This document shows positions 39,653 to 53,534 of a stretch of 64,000 nt of DNA, piece by piece. A program made the position numbers and the translations under genes. Position 1 is the stretch's first letter. Each line of letters starts with the position of its first letter. Origin of the DNA: Podarcis liolepis (lineage: Eukaryota); assembly GCA_965112155.1 (NCBI GenBank), contig OZ218101.1. One strand, written 5' to 3'. The notes beneath the pieces are model-generated. The model was given only the letters and a program-made list of their open reading frames with translations. It was not told the origin of the DNA and did no database searches.

Positions 39653-39800
39653 TAAGAACATAAAAATTGCCTTGCTGGATCAAACTAAAGGTTCTTCTAG
39701 TCTAGCATTTTGTCATTCCTATTGCCTCTGGGAAGCTCAGAAGCAGTGCATTATGGCAATAGCCATGCTCTGTTATTTGTGCCCAGCATCTGGCATTCTG
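39653..39800 (-). mobile_element. Old CR1 3' end
   Basis: taagaacataaaaa..gccttgctggatca..aaagg...tagtctagcat; reverse of the CR1 end at 5600-5692. Confidence 0.6.
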
Positions 39801-40139
39801 AACTTCTCAATCTGCTATGTACTTCTGGGTACTCATAGGGAAGCTGTGGACCTTCAAGTGTTGTTGGACTACAATTCCCTTCATCATTGGCCAATGATCA
39901 TACTGCCTAGGTTTATGGAGTCCAATTATCTCTAGGGGGTCACAAGTTCCCCATCTGTGATCTAGATGGTCACAATTACATCTGGGTAAATCCCACCAAT
40001 ATCATAGTGCCTAAAATGCAAGGGATCTTAAAGAAGTGGAATGGCTTCAAAGCAGGAGAAAAACAGTAATACAATGGTTAGTCTAGAATCAATTATGTCC
40101 ACATGAAAAGAATGGGGATCATGTCCCAGTGAATCCCAC

Positions 40140-40740
40140 TGTGCTGGTCCTGGGGGGGTTACCGTGCGGCATGGTCTGAGTCCGGTCCTGGGTTGAGGGT
40201 CTGGAGGCTGACCGTCAAGGGCGAAGCAGGGTCCAAGGCAAGGAGCTGGGCGTGGTCAGGAACTCCAGAAGAACAGGTCAGGGTGCTGGCAGGAACAGGT
40301 TTCCAACGATGCTGCTCCCGCAGCCTGAGACTGGGCTGACTAGTCTTTATCTCCTCTGAGGCCTGGGGCAGTCCCGGCCCCCAGGTGACTCGCCTCCCCT
40401 GGCCTTAAGGCGGGCACCTCTCCTGAGAGAACTTAGTTCCCTCCACTTCTCTGCCCTGAGCCTCTGCAGCTCAGGAGAGGCTGGAGGGTTACTGGACCCA
40501 GAGGCAACCTCACCTTTCCCTTACAGGGCTGGGAGAGGAGCACCTGCAGGCAATGGGTCCTTGATCACCTCCGGAGCCAGAGCAGATTCAGCTGGTGTCT
40601 GCTCCTGAGGATCCAGCACAGGTGGGGGCCCTTCAGATTCAAGCCCCTGCCCCGGCTCAGCCGGCCCTGGAGGCGGGGACTCCTATGCAGGCTGGGATTC
40701 CTCCTGTTCAGCCTCTGAATCAGATTCCCAGGCCACCACA
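40140..40740. mobile_element. Solo LTR (Ty3/Gypsy- or ERV-type), 601 bp
   Basis: TG...CA termini, 8-bp imperfect inverted ends TGTGCTGG / CCACCACA, perfect 5-bp TSD CCCAC (40135-40139 / 40741-40745), abrupt GC-rich block. Confidence 0.85.
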
Positions 40741-42730
40741 CCCACCCCACTTTGAGCACTGGATACACCAATACAGAACTGCACATAGGATTCCATCCTA
40801 TATAAAGTAGAACTGATATAACCAGAATGATCATCAAATTTCTCCCTAAATAATAATAATAAAGAGATCTAAGTCCATTCATGGATTCTTCTCAGACAAA
40901 GCATTCAAGAAATGCCACGGAAATCCAAAGGATGAGCAAAATTTTCTTGGGTTGATGGCGTCTCACACTACTAAGCTGTCACAGGGTACTACCAGAAAAG
41001 AAATTTGAATTAGATGTGGAGGTTCCTCCTGATGTAATCCTGAAATGAAGAAACTTTCTTTCTGTCAGGTTACTGAGAAAAACTTGGAGTTCCTTCCTAT
41101 GTGAAGCATTCAATAATTTCTAGTGAAGGCAAACGATTTGCAATTAGAGTAGCAGTGTTTCTTAGGGAAATCTGCACAACCCTAGATACAACTCACACAG
41201 TCTCTTACTGGTCATAAAACATTTCTAGCGGATTGCTTGTTTCCTGTGCCATCACTTGCAAATTATTTCACTAGTTCTGGGGTCTTTGACAGTTTATCAT
41301 ATGAACTGCAGACAAAATCTCTTCACCATAAACAGCACTAGATCATCTATTTCACATCTGAGGATTCATAATCCAACAGAATGATCACACATTTGATGAC
41401 ACAAAGATGTGTTTCATTAATAAAGCAGAAGCAAAAATGGAAATCAAAGTTGCAAATCATTACATTTATGCTGTGGCTGAGTTTGATAGCTGTCTTAACA
41501 CATTATGAGGAGAATATGAATAACTAGCTGAATTACATTTAGGCAATGGGGACTATACAGTGTGGTGGAATGTTAACATTTAAAAACTGTCCTTCTAGTT
41601 ATTAGAATGGTTTCCACATGCAGGGTGGGGGGTGGGACTGTGAGTAATCCAAAAACTGAGGATGGCGGTGAAGACAGGTGGAAGCATATGAAGATTTTAA
41701 ATAATGTATGATTGGTAATTGCACTGATGCGATATCATGTGTGATTATGACCTGATTTCATCATTAACTGTTCAGGGTTAATTTCAACAAATGAATTAAA
41801 GTTTAAAGCTCATTGTACTGTGCAACACTGAGGAATGCATCAGTGCTGAATATTTGATGAGAGGGAAAGAGGATCTGCCTTTAGCTGACATTTTATTGCT
41901 CAAGGTGATAACAGTTAAACAAATGGGAATTGTAGATATTTGATATTCTACTTCCCCTTCCACTGAAATGCTATCGATGCCCATTTTTATTAGCTATGGA
42001 ACTGCAATATCAGAAATATAGATCCAACTGGTTCATCATTACCAGTCCTGAGGGATTCATTTCCATAAACAGTTTATGAATGCAAAGAAAATATTTAGAA
42101 GGGAAAGCTTTGGTTTATTAAATGCACCATTCCTTAATTGCTGCCAGGCTCATACTTATTTACTCTGTCTCCTATTAAATCAATGGAATTGGTGGCCCCA
42201 CAATTAAATATTTTAATCAGAAAATTAACAGCACTGCACATTTTTACTCCAGTACCTTTAGTGATAACAGTGTAAATATGCTATAAAACCAAGAGCTACT
42301 TTAGAGTGCTAAACCTGTGAAATAATAACACACTGTTCTACAGTTCATTTTAATGAGGAATATTTCATTATGGATCAGACAGCCACAACACACAGAACTG
42401 CATACAAAAGCTACATTTAGAAAGAAAGCGCTAACAAATTCTGCAGAGCCAAGCAGGAAAGGTTAAGATATGCCAGCCTTAAGGCTCTTTATGCATGCTT
42501 GGTATTAAGACTGATTTTTTTCCATCTTAGATTGCAACCTACACTTCTTTTTTCATTTTTAAAAAACCATATTTGTTGGTTTCATTTTCTCATTTAGCCA
42601 CAGAAACACATTGTGTAACACTGGCAAATTTGGAAGTGTTGGAAAGTATCTTGGAGGTCATTTAGTCCAACCTTATTCACAATTCTGGATATGTACTTCT
42701 GGATGCAACTACAGCAGGGGTGTATTAAAG

Positions 42731-43083
42731 CATGGGTTAGCAAACTAAGGCCCGTGGGCAGGATCAGGCCCAATTGCCTTCTGGATCTGGCTCACAGATG
42801 GTCCGGGAATCAACGCGTGGATTGCCAGCATGCACATTCTTTCCCTCTCCCTCACACGGTGGTGGCAGCACCTCCTCCCTCCCTCCACCTGGCTTCTCCA
42901 TGCCCTGCCTAGAGGAGGAAGGGGGCTGGGCTTTGTTGGTGCCAGCAGCAGCAGCATTTGAGCGGCCACCATTTTAAGCAACCCCTCTCCAGAGCCCTTT
43001 CGAGCGCCACTCATCATCCCTCTGCCGCCGCTGCCGCCAGCCCCTGCCACTCACAAGACACAGGTAAGCAGCCACCGGGGCTC
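42731..43083 (+). mobile_element. hAT-type non-autonomous transposon left end, running into the assembly gap
   Basis: catgggttagcaaactaaggcccgtgggcaggatcaggccc resembles the CAGGGGT..GCAAACT..GGCCCG.GGGCC.GAT..GGCCC hAT terminus; GC-rich interior. Confidence 0.7.
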
Positions 43084-43278
43084 NNNNNNNNNNNNNNNNN
43101 NNNNNNNNNNNNNNNNNNNNNNNNNNNNNNNNNNNNNNNNNNNNNNNNNNNNNNNNNNNNNNNNNNNNNNNNNNNNNNNNNNNNNNNNNNNNNNNNNNNN
43201 NNNNNNNNNNNNNNNNNNNNNNNNNNNNNNNNNNNNNNNNNNNNNNNNNNNNNNNNNNNNNNNNNNNNNNNNNNNNNN
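43084..43278. other. Assembly gap (195 N)
   Basis: Run of N. Confidence 1.
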
Positions 43279-43714
43279 TGAAGGAATGGTGGCACAAAAA
43301 GTCTGGCCAAAACTCAGATAAGCAGATGGGTTTTCACCAGGAGTAGGCTGCTTGATAATTTCTACTTTTGAACAGAATATGAATCAAAACCTACCAAAAT
43401 TAATAATTTTGAATTACATTTTGTTCTGTACTTGAAGTTTCAGAAAACTTTTAGTAGCAAGGTATTGGAAAAGAAGACAAATAATTTTTATGCTGATTCA
43501 TTCCACTACGATGACACCGTATTATTGGAGTAGTGGGGGTGTTCACCAGGAAACACACATCTTCCCATTTTAAATTTGCTAGAGATGTGTAGCAGCAGAG
43601 AAACTTACTGTTTCTAGCCGAATGTGATAGATCTACACACAATTCTATTAAGGATTTGGAAGAGATAGGATTGCTTAGAAAGTCAAATATTTATTATTAA
43701 ATATGCGCAGATTC

Positions 43715-44055
43715 TCACACCTAAAGAAGTGAGGCAGATGGTTGCTAGGGAGAGGGCCTTTTCAGTGGTGACATCCCTGTTATGAAATGATCTCACTCAT
43801 GAGGCTTTCCAGTCACCTACATTAACATTTTCTCACTGCCAGGAGAATAACTTTTTTCCCCTCGTAGAATATTAGAAGCATATTTTAGTATTTGGAACAA
43901 ATTGTTCTTATCTGGATTTTAGAATGATTTTATGTTGCTTGTGTTGTCTTTTTGTCTTGATTTTAGTAAATTCATTTTTTGGCTGTTGTGTGTTTTATTC
44001 TTTTATTTTGTGTGAGTGTGATCCTTTAAAGGGATGGTGTTAATTAATAAATCTA
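43715..44055 (+). mobile_element. Old L2 3' fragment
   Basis: gagagggccttttcagtggtgacatccctgttatgaaatg (RAFSV..P.LWN-like motif) followed by a T-rich UTR. Confidence 0.6.
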
Positions 44056-44754
44056 TAAACATAGTCTTTAATGTAGTCTTGATAGAAATGTACGCAAATG
44101 TCATGCAAACAATTCAGTTGGCAATAGTAAATATTTACTCCTACTGCCTTGACAGCTGACCATACTACAGTATTCTTCCAAATTCTCTCCACCCCCTGCA
44201 AACTCCTCTACCATCCAAAATGTCATCCTCATAAAAATAGCAATAGTTTTGTGACCTAATTAAAAATAAATCCCATAGCTTCTCTGTGTGTTTTTTGCAG
44301 GCCCCAGTTTCCAGAGGCATAGCTATGCTAGGCAGTTGCAGCAAAAACAGTAAAGAGTATTTTGGAACTTTAATGACCAACACTCACATTATGTCATAGG
44401 ACTTTGTGGGCCACAGTCTTCTGAAATTCCCAAACTTTCATTTATATTAGTAAACAAACTTCTTGAATCTGTTTCAGGGGCTCAGGGACCAAATTAGCAT
44501 GACACCACACAGCGACTCACATTTCAGAAATCGCATTTGGAAACCAATTCCTCAAGATGAGTAATGAGGAACAGCCACTTAGATCTGTGTTTCTGGTATC
44601 CCACTGAAAGGCTCAGAGTTTTACAGCTATGAAACAAAAGTAAAATGGCTCGAGAGTGGGATGCTAATGCAAAACATAGAGATGTTTCCTTAAGGGTCAA
44701 TTCTAATATATGAAATCAATCTCCTCCTGCTGCTCCCTCACTGCCTGCAGGATT

Positions 44755-44852
44755 AAAATCACAAGAGTTGTGGAAATGTGAAGAACTGAATTTAAGACTG
44801 GAAAAATGAGAAATGTAAAGAAACCAAAACCTACAGATTTGCCCATCCCTAT
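44755..44852. mobile_element. hAT-type MITE end (TAGGGATG)
   Basis: gtggaaatgtgaagaactgaatttaagactggaaaaatgagaaa...gcccatcccta; inverse of 53700-53750. Confidence 0.55.
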
Positions 44853-45155
44853 TCACACTCCTCAGCAACATGGCTGGGCTATACCATCCCCTTGTCCCTC
44901 CCATCCATTTGCTAGATCTTATTATTTCTTCTACTGCATTTGCAACCCATTTTCCTTTCATTGGTAACTTTGTTCTCCCTCACTCCTATATGAATGTAAT
45001 TGGTGCTTAGTGCTTCAGAATCTTTATAGTTAATAAAATCTGTCATACTTTACAACTATGCTGCCAGACAATAGTCTACAAACTGACATAGTACTATTAG
45101 GACTTCCTTTTTTACTTTTCTTATTTCTGTGCATGTCCTTCATACAGATAGTAAA

Positions 45156-45158
<3 letters not shown>

Positions 45159-45222
<64 letters not shown>

Positions 45223-45230
45223 TGTGTGTG
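45159..45230. repeat. (TC)n(TG)n compound microsatellite
   Basis: Direct reading. Confidence 0.97.
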
Positions 45231-46178
45231 ACATTTAATATAAGGACTGTTTCAAAAAGTTTAGATCATGACTCTTGTCAGAAACTTTTTTTTAAAAAAA
45301 TGTGATTGTTATTTTTTTTAATGCAAATTGAAAACACTTAGTCTTGAGGAAGCGGATTTTTAAAAAAATACAGTTTCCTTTATAGTCAGCTTCACACCAC
45401 ATCATCTCCCTCATAAACACAATGTTAGAGTATGCCATTAGTGAACCTTTTGATGTAATGGTGGGCAATTTTGAAAGGTGCAGATGATGTTAAGCATTTT
45501 AAAGGATTGGAAAGGATGGGTAGAAGAGAGAGGGAGACTTTTCTCTATATATAAGTGGCAGATTCCTGCCTTCTTTAAATTTATATAGCTTAATGAAAGC
45601 AAACACAATGCCTACGTCAGCCATAGTGCTATCAATCAGAACACTAGCCAGGAAAGCATAACATCTGAAGCTCCTTTATTCAAAATTCCTCTCATGTGCA
45701 TTTTCCACAGTGTTCAATGCATGCTGATGCCTGGATGGATGAGGAAGAATAACATGATAAACTGATGATTTATTTCCTTTGAGAGCAACAGAATGTAGAA
45801 TACTGTGACAAATAGAGGATCTAGTGGGACCGGGAAACATTATATTAAAAAGTAGGAGACCTGATTACTGTATTGTCAGTAATTTATCACTCTTTCCCTC
45901 AGTGACTTACCCCTGAAAGACTATTTATGTGTGAAAATCCCTGCAATTGCTCCTTGCAATATTGAAGTAGTTTACATCACATATAAGGCCATTCTGAAAT
46001 TTTAGAAAAGATAGTAGAAATGTAGAAACCTACCATGACAACATTTCCACTTAAGGTGCCTTTCCAATCTCCAGATGTATAAAAGCCTAGTCATATGTGT
46101 ACAAAGCAGTCAAGCCTTTGGGAACAGAGCCTGAGGCCACCTTACTTTTTTTCACCACATCGCTCCCCTCATCCAAAG

Positions 46179-46446
46179 TACATAAGAACAACCCTGCTGA
46201 ATCAGGTCAAAGGCCCATGTAGTCCAGCATCCTGTTCTCAGTGGTCAACCAGATGCCTATGGGAAGCCCTCAGACAAGACCTCAAGGTACCAGTGCTTCC
46301 CTTCTCACTTGTGTTTCCCAACAGTAGGTATATAAAGGAATATTGCCTCAGAAATGGAGGTACCATACAGTCATTGTACATTTAGCCATTGTACGTTTAG
46401 CCATTGATAGCTTTATCATCCATGAATTCGTCAATCCTTTTTGAAA
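46179..46446 (-). mobile_element. CR1 LINE 3' end
   Basis: cataagaacaaccctgctgaatcagg..aaaggcccat.tagtccagcatcctgttctc...agccattgatagc.ttatc.tccatgaatt; reverse complement of the 5429-5692 type. Confidence 0.8.
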
Positions 46447-46478
46447 AGAAGTATCCCAGGAATATGACCTTTTACTTT

Positions 46479-46479
<1 letters not shown>

Positions 46480-46509
<30 letters not shown>

Positions 46510-46620
46510 GCTACTACTACTAATACTATTAGTATTATTTACCAACCCTTCAAGCTAAGGTCCCAGGGTGGCTTATAGCAATTTTAAATACAAAATTTAA
46601 AATCATTGAAAAACTTACAA
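46480..46620 (-). mobile_element. (CTA)n microsatellite plus L2-type 3' tail
   Basis: (CTA)n at 46480-46525 then tttaccaacccttca...ggtcccagggtggcttat. Confidence 0.6.
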
Positions 46621-47918
46621 TTGCAAAAAATACAATCACAAAAAATAACATTTATCACTTACTGGTTTCTAACATTTGTCTACCATTACTGTTCCCTTTG
46701 TGGGAAAATAAATTCAAGCAGAGGAAATGCAGTTTGAGGGGAATAGGAAGAAAAAAGACACATCTAACTTCAGATGACAGTCTGACTTCAACATAGGGCA
46801 CCAAGAGGGGTTTGTATAGCCCCAAAATAGGGCTCTTTCTTTCTTTCTTTTTACTCAGCAGCTTTGAAATTGGGGTAGATTCCTAATTGACTGGATAGCA
46901 GCAGAATTATTGTGCTGTGAATTAAAAAGCATAAAGTCATAGAACAGGAATAGGGCACTGACTGCCTGAAGCCCTGATTCAGTTCACCATTTGGACTAGC
47001 CTACCATCCTCTTCAACAGTGATCCAAATGGAAACACAAAAGCACCATCTTCAGCTTCTGCCACTTTAAATGGCAAATGAAGTGCAAGATAGGCAGAGCA
47101 TGGCAACCATCAGAAATGGGAAACCAGGCTTTTTCTGATGCTTACAATGTTCCATCCATATTCCCTTGATGGAAGTGGTAGTTCTAGAAGACTTCCTTCA
47201 CCTTGCTCAGTGGGGCTCATTGAACATCTTGAAGCATCAGTTCTCCGTGGCTTTCCTTAAGGTGATGAAAACCAACAATGTTAGGAGCTGCTGCCTCAGG
47301 GCATTCAGCACACCTTGAAACTGTGTCTCTCAAGGCAGTGATCCTATCATCACCCCTGCTCATCTAGGCAGCAAAGCGGAGTGCTTAGCTTGTGTGTGGA
47401 GATGGCTACACCCCCTATTTCTAAAATGTAAATACAGTTGTTGTTTGTTGTTAAATAAATGGGATTGGCCTAATCATCTCCATAATCAGAAACCCTGCAA
47501 AAGGACTTCTTATTCTGCAATGGGTCTTCCCTTCTCTCCTGCTCTTGTCCCCCCTGAAATTATCTCTGAGGGGGTCTGGAGAACCACCAAAGAAGTGTAT
47601 GGAAGAAGTAGATGGGGAATCATTCCACCTGGCAAACTGCATGCTTTCACAGAAAGAACAATTGTGTGAGTGTGATGTTGAATTCCATCCGATAAAAATA
47701 ATGGCTTTTGCTGGTTAAACCCTAGGCAATATGTTGGTCAGTTTTAAACAAAAGTACCGAAAAACCATTCCACTGCCCCACCAAGCTCAATATATTTCTC
47801 TATATGAGATGTGAATTCAATTTCCATACAGTTACAACTCTAAAAAAGTATGCAGAGTCTCTTCTTTGGTGCATATAACTGCTCAGTGAGCAATGCAGTG
47901 GTACATTGTGCTGCAACA

Positions 47919-48064
47919 CAGCTCAGTTGGTAGAACTTAAGACTCTTAAATCTCAGGGACATGGATTTGAGCCCCATGTTGGGCAAAAGATTCCTGCATT
48001 GCAGGGGTTGAACTAGACCACCCTCGTGGTCCTTTCCACTTCTAAAATTCTATGATTCTATGAT
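47919..48064 (+). mobile_element. tRNA-Lys(CTT)-derived SINE with CR1-type 3' tail (P.s.1/Squam2-like)
   Basis: agctcagttggtagaac.taagactcttaa.tctcaggg.c.tgg.tttgagcccca.gttgggc follows tRNA-Lys-CTT; then ggggttgaactaga..ccctcgtggtcc.ttcca and (ATTCTATG)n. Confidence 0.85.
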
Positions 48065-48461
48065 ATCAGAGGTATATTCCTATTAAAATGTATGGTATGA
48101 TGTCCATTTAATTATAAAATATGGGACTGATCTGGAGTTCAGTCCTAAGGATTGGAATTCTGGAGTAAATGCTAATTTACACCATCATTCCCCACACCAC
48201 CGTAAATATGTTTTGGTTGGATTTGCATCCTGAATCCTGAGGGTTATTTGTGCTGAGCAACTGCACACCAGTACTAATAATATCAAATCAACTGCATCAT
48301 GTGTTGTCATGATGGCAGTTTTTGATAAGTTGCAGCAAAAGTGCTGCTGGGAGACACTTGATGCAGCTCCTGCCCACCAAGGAAACCACTCCTAGGTAGC
48401 ATATATAAGTGTTGACAAATGGAGGTGGGTATTTTTCACTGCATGGAGCCCCTTCACACAT

Positions 48462-49028
48462 ACATTACGGCCTAGGACCCTCGTACCTAAGGGACTGCCT
48501 CTCTTGGTATGCCCCACGGAGGACCTTAAGGTCTGCAAATAATAACACTCTGAAGGTTCTAGGCCCCAGTGAGATTAGACTGGCCTTGACCAGACCAAGG
48601 CCTTTTTGGCTGTGGCCCCGGCCTGGTGGAACGCTCACTCACAAAAGACCAGGACCTTGCGGGATTTGACATCTTTCCGTAGGGCCTGCAAGACGGAGCT
48701 GTTCTTCCAGGCCTTTGGTCGGGGTTCAGTCTGATTCTTTTCTTTATGTATAAGAAGAAACATTAAAGAGGACTCCTAGCCCACTCACAGGTCCTTTATA
48801 AGACCAGTGATAACAGTTGGCCCTGGAGAATATTAACCACTCTCAATTTTACCCGTGGATTGCCATCTGTCCAGATTTTAATTTGCTCTGAACTAATTTT
48901 AAGATGTATTTTAATTAATTGATTGCCTGTTTTTACGTTCTTATGTTCTTTGTATACTGTGTTAGTTTTGTGATGTTAACCACCCTGAGCCCGGCTCCGG
49001 CCAGGGAGGGCGGGGTACAAATTATTAC

Positions 49029-49086
<58 letters not shown>

Positions 49087-49087
49087 T
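48462..49087 (+). mobile_element. L2 LINE 3' fragment (second subfamily, longer UTR)
   Basis: ORF 48409..48669 has YGLGPSYLRDCLSWYAPRRTLRS (L2 C-terminal motif); ends accaccctgagcc...gagggcggggtacaaa(ATT)n. Confidence 0.85.
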
Positions 49088-52078
49088 TAAGTATATGACA
49101 CAAGAGGACTTCCCTCCTTCCTTCCCCATGCATACCCCAGCCACCCCCAAATCTGCTGCAGAGGGTTGGGGAATCCAGGACAGATTCTGGAGGACATAGA
49201 GCAAGGAAAGGGGGAGAAAATTCCCATGTGCCTGAAGAAATTCTTGTATTGATGGAATGTTTGCTTTTAGTGCTACAACCTACTATCTTCATATCCCCAA
49301 TCATTTTGATACCTTAGTTATGCGCATATGGCCAGATCTTCAGATGTATGCACTCTCACTAAGCAGAAATTATTTCATCTGAAAATAATTATAGGTTTAT
49401 TTTTATTGATTTAAATTCAGTCATACAATATTGCAATCCTGCAGCTAAATACACAGCAAGAGTTAAGATAGCTCTGACCATTAGTATTTGTTTAAAACAC
49501 TACAGGTTTATTGCTGTACTAAAACATTTTACATCATATTAAAGAATGTGCACACAATTTTTTTCAATGGTGTGTATCTATCTATACAGTCAAATTTTAT
49601 GTCATCTCAGAGTAAAAGACTTTTTCTGGTTACTGGCTTTTATAATGAGAAATTTTAAGGTTCAGTAGCAAGCATGCTTGATGAAGCAACTAGATTTCTT
49701 AACATTTGCTTTTTATGCTAGCAAATAGATTGAATGAATCCCTGCTCACAATTCATAGCAGCAGATAAGAAGGTCTGTGAGTCTCCCACAAATAACTCTA
49801 GAGGTCACAGCTTTAAAACTGTTAAGTTTCAACCAGAGTAATATAATACTCTCCAGCCATTAATTTAGTGAACTAGCATATTTATGATTTTTATATTTCA
49901 ATTTTTTATATTCTTTCCAGGAAACTTTTAAATATTATCTTTATATCCCTTCTACTTGGTTTCATCTCAACAGATAAATAACTTTAGGTTCTCTTATTCA
50001 TTCAGCTTTCCAGTTAGAATATTAGAAAAGCCTTTTAGGATTTTTCTTTCATTTTCATCTTTAAAAGATCCTAAACACCCCAAATAACTGCACAGTTTCT
50101 ATCTATATTGTTTTCATAGTAAATAGTATGTACAAGATCAAATATTTTTCCTGTTCTTTTTTTCTTTGTGGTTAGGTTTGAGAAACAGCTGGGCAAAGAA
50201 TTTATTGAACCTTTAGAGCTAATCTTGGCCCCCATTCTTATATTGACGGTTTCTCTGAACTTCTTGTAACAACTTAAAACAAGATAGTGTTGGTTTTATT
50301 ATTTGACATATTTTTCAAGAACCAACAGGGCCTGGCATCCAAGATTCTTCACCAAGGTTAGCAAAATACCTTTAGCCAGCCCACATCCACCACGTATACC
50401 AAGAATACAACTGTATCAGATGATGTCTATTATCTTCAGATCTCACTTTGCAGCTTATCTCTGTAAAACAGCCCTTGGGTTATTAACTAGCTTTCTCAAG
50501 GGCAGATGTCACAAATCATTAGGAAACATGTTCATCGTCTCTTTTTTGTGAACACATTTGTTCTCTTTCGACATGAAAGACAATGGTTGGCTACAAAGTT
50601 GTATAGATTGAAAGACAGTCACAACTAATTCTCTGTGCTCAAGGGAGTTTGGCGCTTGTGTCCCTCAGCCTCTCCTTCATTATATAGCCTGGCAAAGCAC
50701 TTTTTGTGATGTGGTATGGAGTGCAGAGTCTGTTTAAAATGGAAAAAGTTTTTTAAAAAAATCTTCCTGGGCAAATCAAAGCACTGAGCTCGCCCTAGGT
50801 CTTTGGTCTCTGGCCAGTGATGCCTTTCCTTTCAATTTATTCCAACCTACTTTACAAATAAAAGGACAGTTAAACAATCATTTTTATTGCTTGCTCTAAG
50901 TAGTACAGATAGTCTGGAGTCTTTTACTGGAGTATGAAAATGATTCAATTAAAAGAAAAATTTCATGCTGCTGAGACAAAGTTTTCCATTCCATTCCACT
51001 TAAAAAACAACAACTGGAGATTTTAGCAGAATATTAAATACAGATTAATCGAAACCTATGTAATAAACTTTTCTTCAAAGTACAGATATGAATGGACCAT
51101 TATTGGCTTATACTGCAGTGCTACATTGCAGCTCAGATTCTACTTACCTCACTGAAATCAAGCACCTTCACTCTGCACAGGACTGCAAGCTTAGAGAAGA
51201 AATTACATTCTTCTAAACTGAATCTATAATCAAGTTGCTGAGTTATAGAAGCACATCCTAGGACTTCCCAGTATCCACTATGAAACAGTTTGCATTCATG
51301 GATCTTGTTTCTGTAAAAAAAACCAAAAACACTGAGATCTGGCTGCCAGGGCCAGCACTACCATTACACAATATGAGGCACTGGCCTTGGGCAGCAGAAA
51401 CCTGATGGGATCCAGGAGCAGCAGATCCTGCTACTGCGGCTGCCGCTTTCAAACCCTGCAGCCTTGACACCACCTTTGGAGGCAGCCACTTCACCAGTTC
51501 CCTCTGGTGCTGAAACAGCCACTGCTGCTCCAGTTGCTGCCCTTCTCTGTCACTGGATGGGGAACAGCAGCAGCAGCTAGAGCAGAAGCAGCTAAAAGAC
51601 CAAGCCACAGTTCTTCAAAGGTCTTCTAGCTTCAGGCTCACCTGATTGGTCCACCTACTCCTTCTGGCTCTTCTGATTGGTTCTCTTTCCCTGGGCTTCC
51701 ATTCACTTTGTGTTTGATTGTGCTAGTTGTACAAAAACCTTAAAGGTCAGGCTTCCCTTTCTGAGAGCAGATATTTGTCTGCTGAGGGGGGCAACTACAA
51801 AATCCTGTACATGTTGGAACTGCCTTACCATGGACCATAAAAAAGGAAATGAAAGGAAGTTTGTTCCAAGTTTTGAACTACAAATGGATCTCTTTCACCA
51901 AGTTTGTTGATATCTGCAAAGTAAAGTGTTTTATTGAGGCTGCAAATAGCCACAGGACTGAGATGTTAGCCAGTCATCAAATAATAGTAATTTTTTACTC
52001 ATGTGAAGGAGGGTTGTGTTGCATAGAAAATTGATTTTTAAAACTGAGGTTATTTTTCAAAACCTTTGTAATATGATC

Positions 52079-52084
<6 letters not shown>

Positions 52085-52147
<63 letters not shown>
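52085..52147. repeat. (TC)n(TG)n compound microsatellite
   Basis: Direct reading. Confidence 0.97.
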
Positions 52148-53534
52148 AGCAGAAATGCTCCTGGATATGCCCAAGACTTTGGGTGTTCCCTAAATGAGCT
52201 CTTTGACTCCTAGCTAAAATGCGCATCACAGCTGCTATATTGCTATATTGAATGGAAATGTTATAGTGTCAGTATAAAAAAAAATCAGCATAATTACCAT
52301 ATTATTAATGAGAAAAGTACTGCATCATAGATCTCAGCATTATTTAGATTAGCTGCTTCAAAAGTAATTTTTATTAAATGGATTAGATCAGAAAGAAAGG
52401 AAAGCTGAGCTTTTGTTTGCAAAAAGAACAAACTTGGTACAAGTCATAACCAACAACTTAAAACAAGTCATAGTTTGATAGGGATCAGGGAAAACATTTC
52501 TTTTGACTTTACAAAAATCTTTTCATGTTTTTGAAACAAAGCCAGCCTCCTCTGCCTTGCCTGGTCAAAGAATGTTCTTGTGTTGATAAATGATTACTCT
52601 GATCTTTCTTCATACCTTTGATTTTATTGTTGAATCCATATATTTATTCTGAAAAGACTGCATCTTACAATTCAAAACTGACTTTTGAGATGAGTATTTT
52701 CTGATATATATACATAAGGAGAATTTGTGATAGTGGCAGTGTTCCTACTTCACTCTGATTCTTTGTATAGCAAAAAGTAAAGAGAGGGAAGCATGATAGT
52801 GTGATAACAGAGCTTTGCTGCTGAAGAAAAGTCATTTTATTCAACTGTCCCTTCTAATTGTAGCTCTTCCCCAATTCAGTGGCTCTTAGACTTTACTGTA
52901 CTGATGACCATCATGCTGTTTGGTAATGTTGTTTGTAGGTCATTACATTTCCTTGTACTATGACCATTGCGGAGGAGGGCACTTGAAATGTTTCTGAATT
53001 AAAACTCAGTTGCAAGCCACTTTCTAGTGACTTTTGTTGCTTAAAATAATATAGCCGCACACACAAATAATCTCTTGATACATATAAAGCATAAATTTAA
53101 TGACAAAATGCAAAGAATGTGTAACTAACTTAAGAGAAAACACATTTATTACTTCGTAAGTGCCCATGGCTACTGAAAAGAGGCAAGCCATTTCTAAAAG
53201 TGATAATGCAATGCAATTCCCATTGGGGCATTTTGTAAGAGTGAAGGATGCTGCCAGGCTGATCAGTGCAGCTCTTCAAGGTGCCTCTTGAAGCAACAGC
53301 ACAACTCAAAACCCTCTTTCAGCATATCTTAAATGGTAAGCCATCCTTCCTCACCAAAAAGTACTAGAATTACATACCTCCCTCCCAAACGTTTTCTGAC
53401 AGTGCGCCCTGAATTTCAGGGTGGGCAAACCATCCCAACAAAGGTGGGGAGGGAGAGGTCATTTTCAGCCTGGAACAACTCAACCCCCATCAGCATCCAA
53501 GTGAAATTATGTGTGGGGTTTTTTGCCTCAATGT

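Noticed and set aside
42958-43310. ORFs of about 100 aa spanning the gap
   Set aside because: Artefacts of translating through Ns
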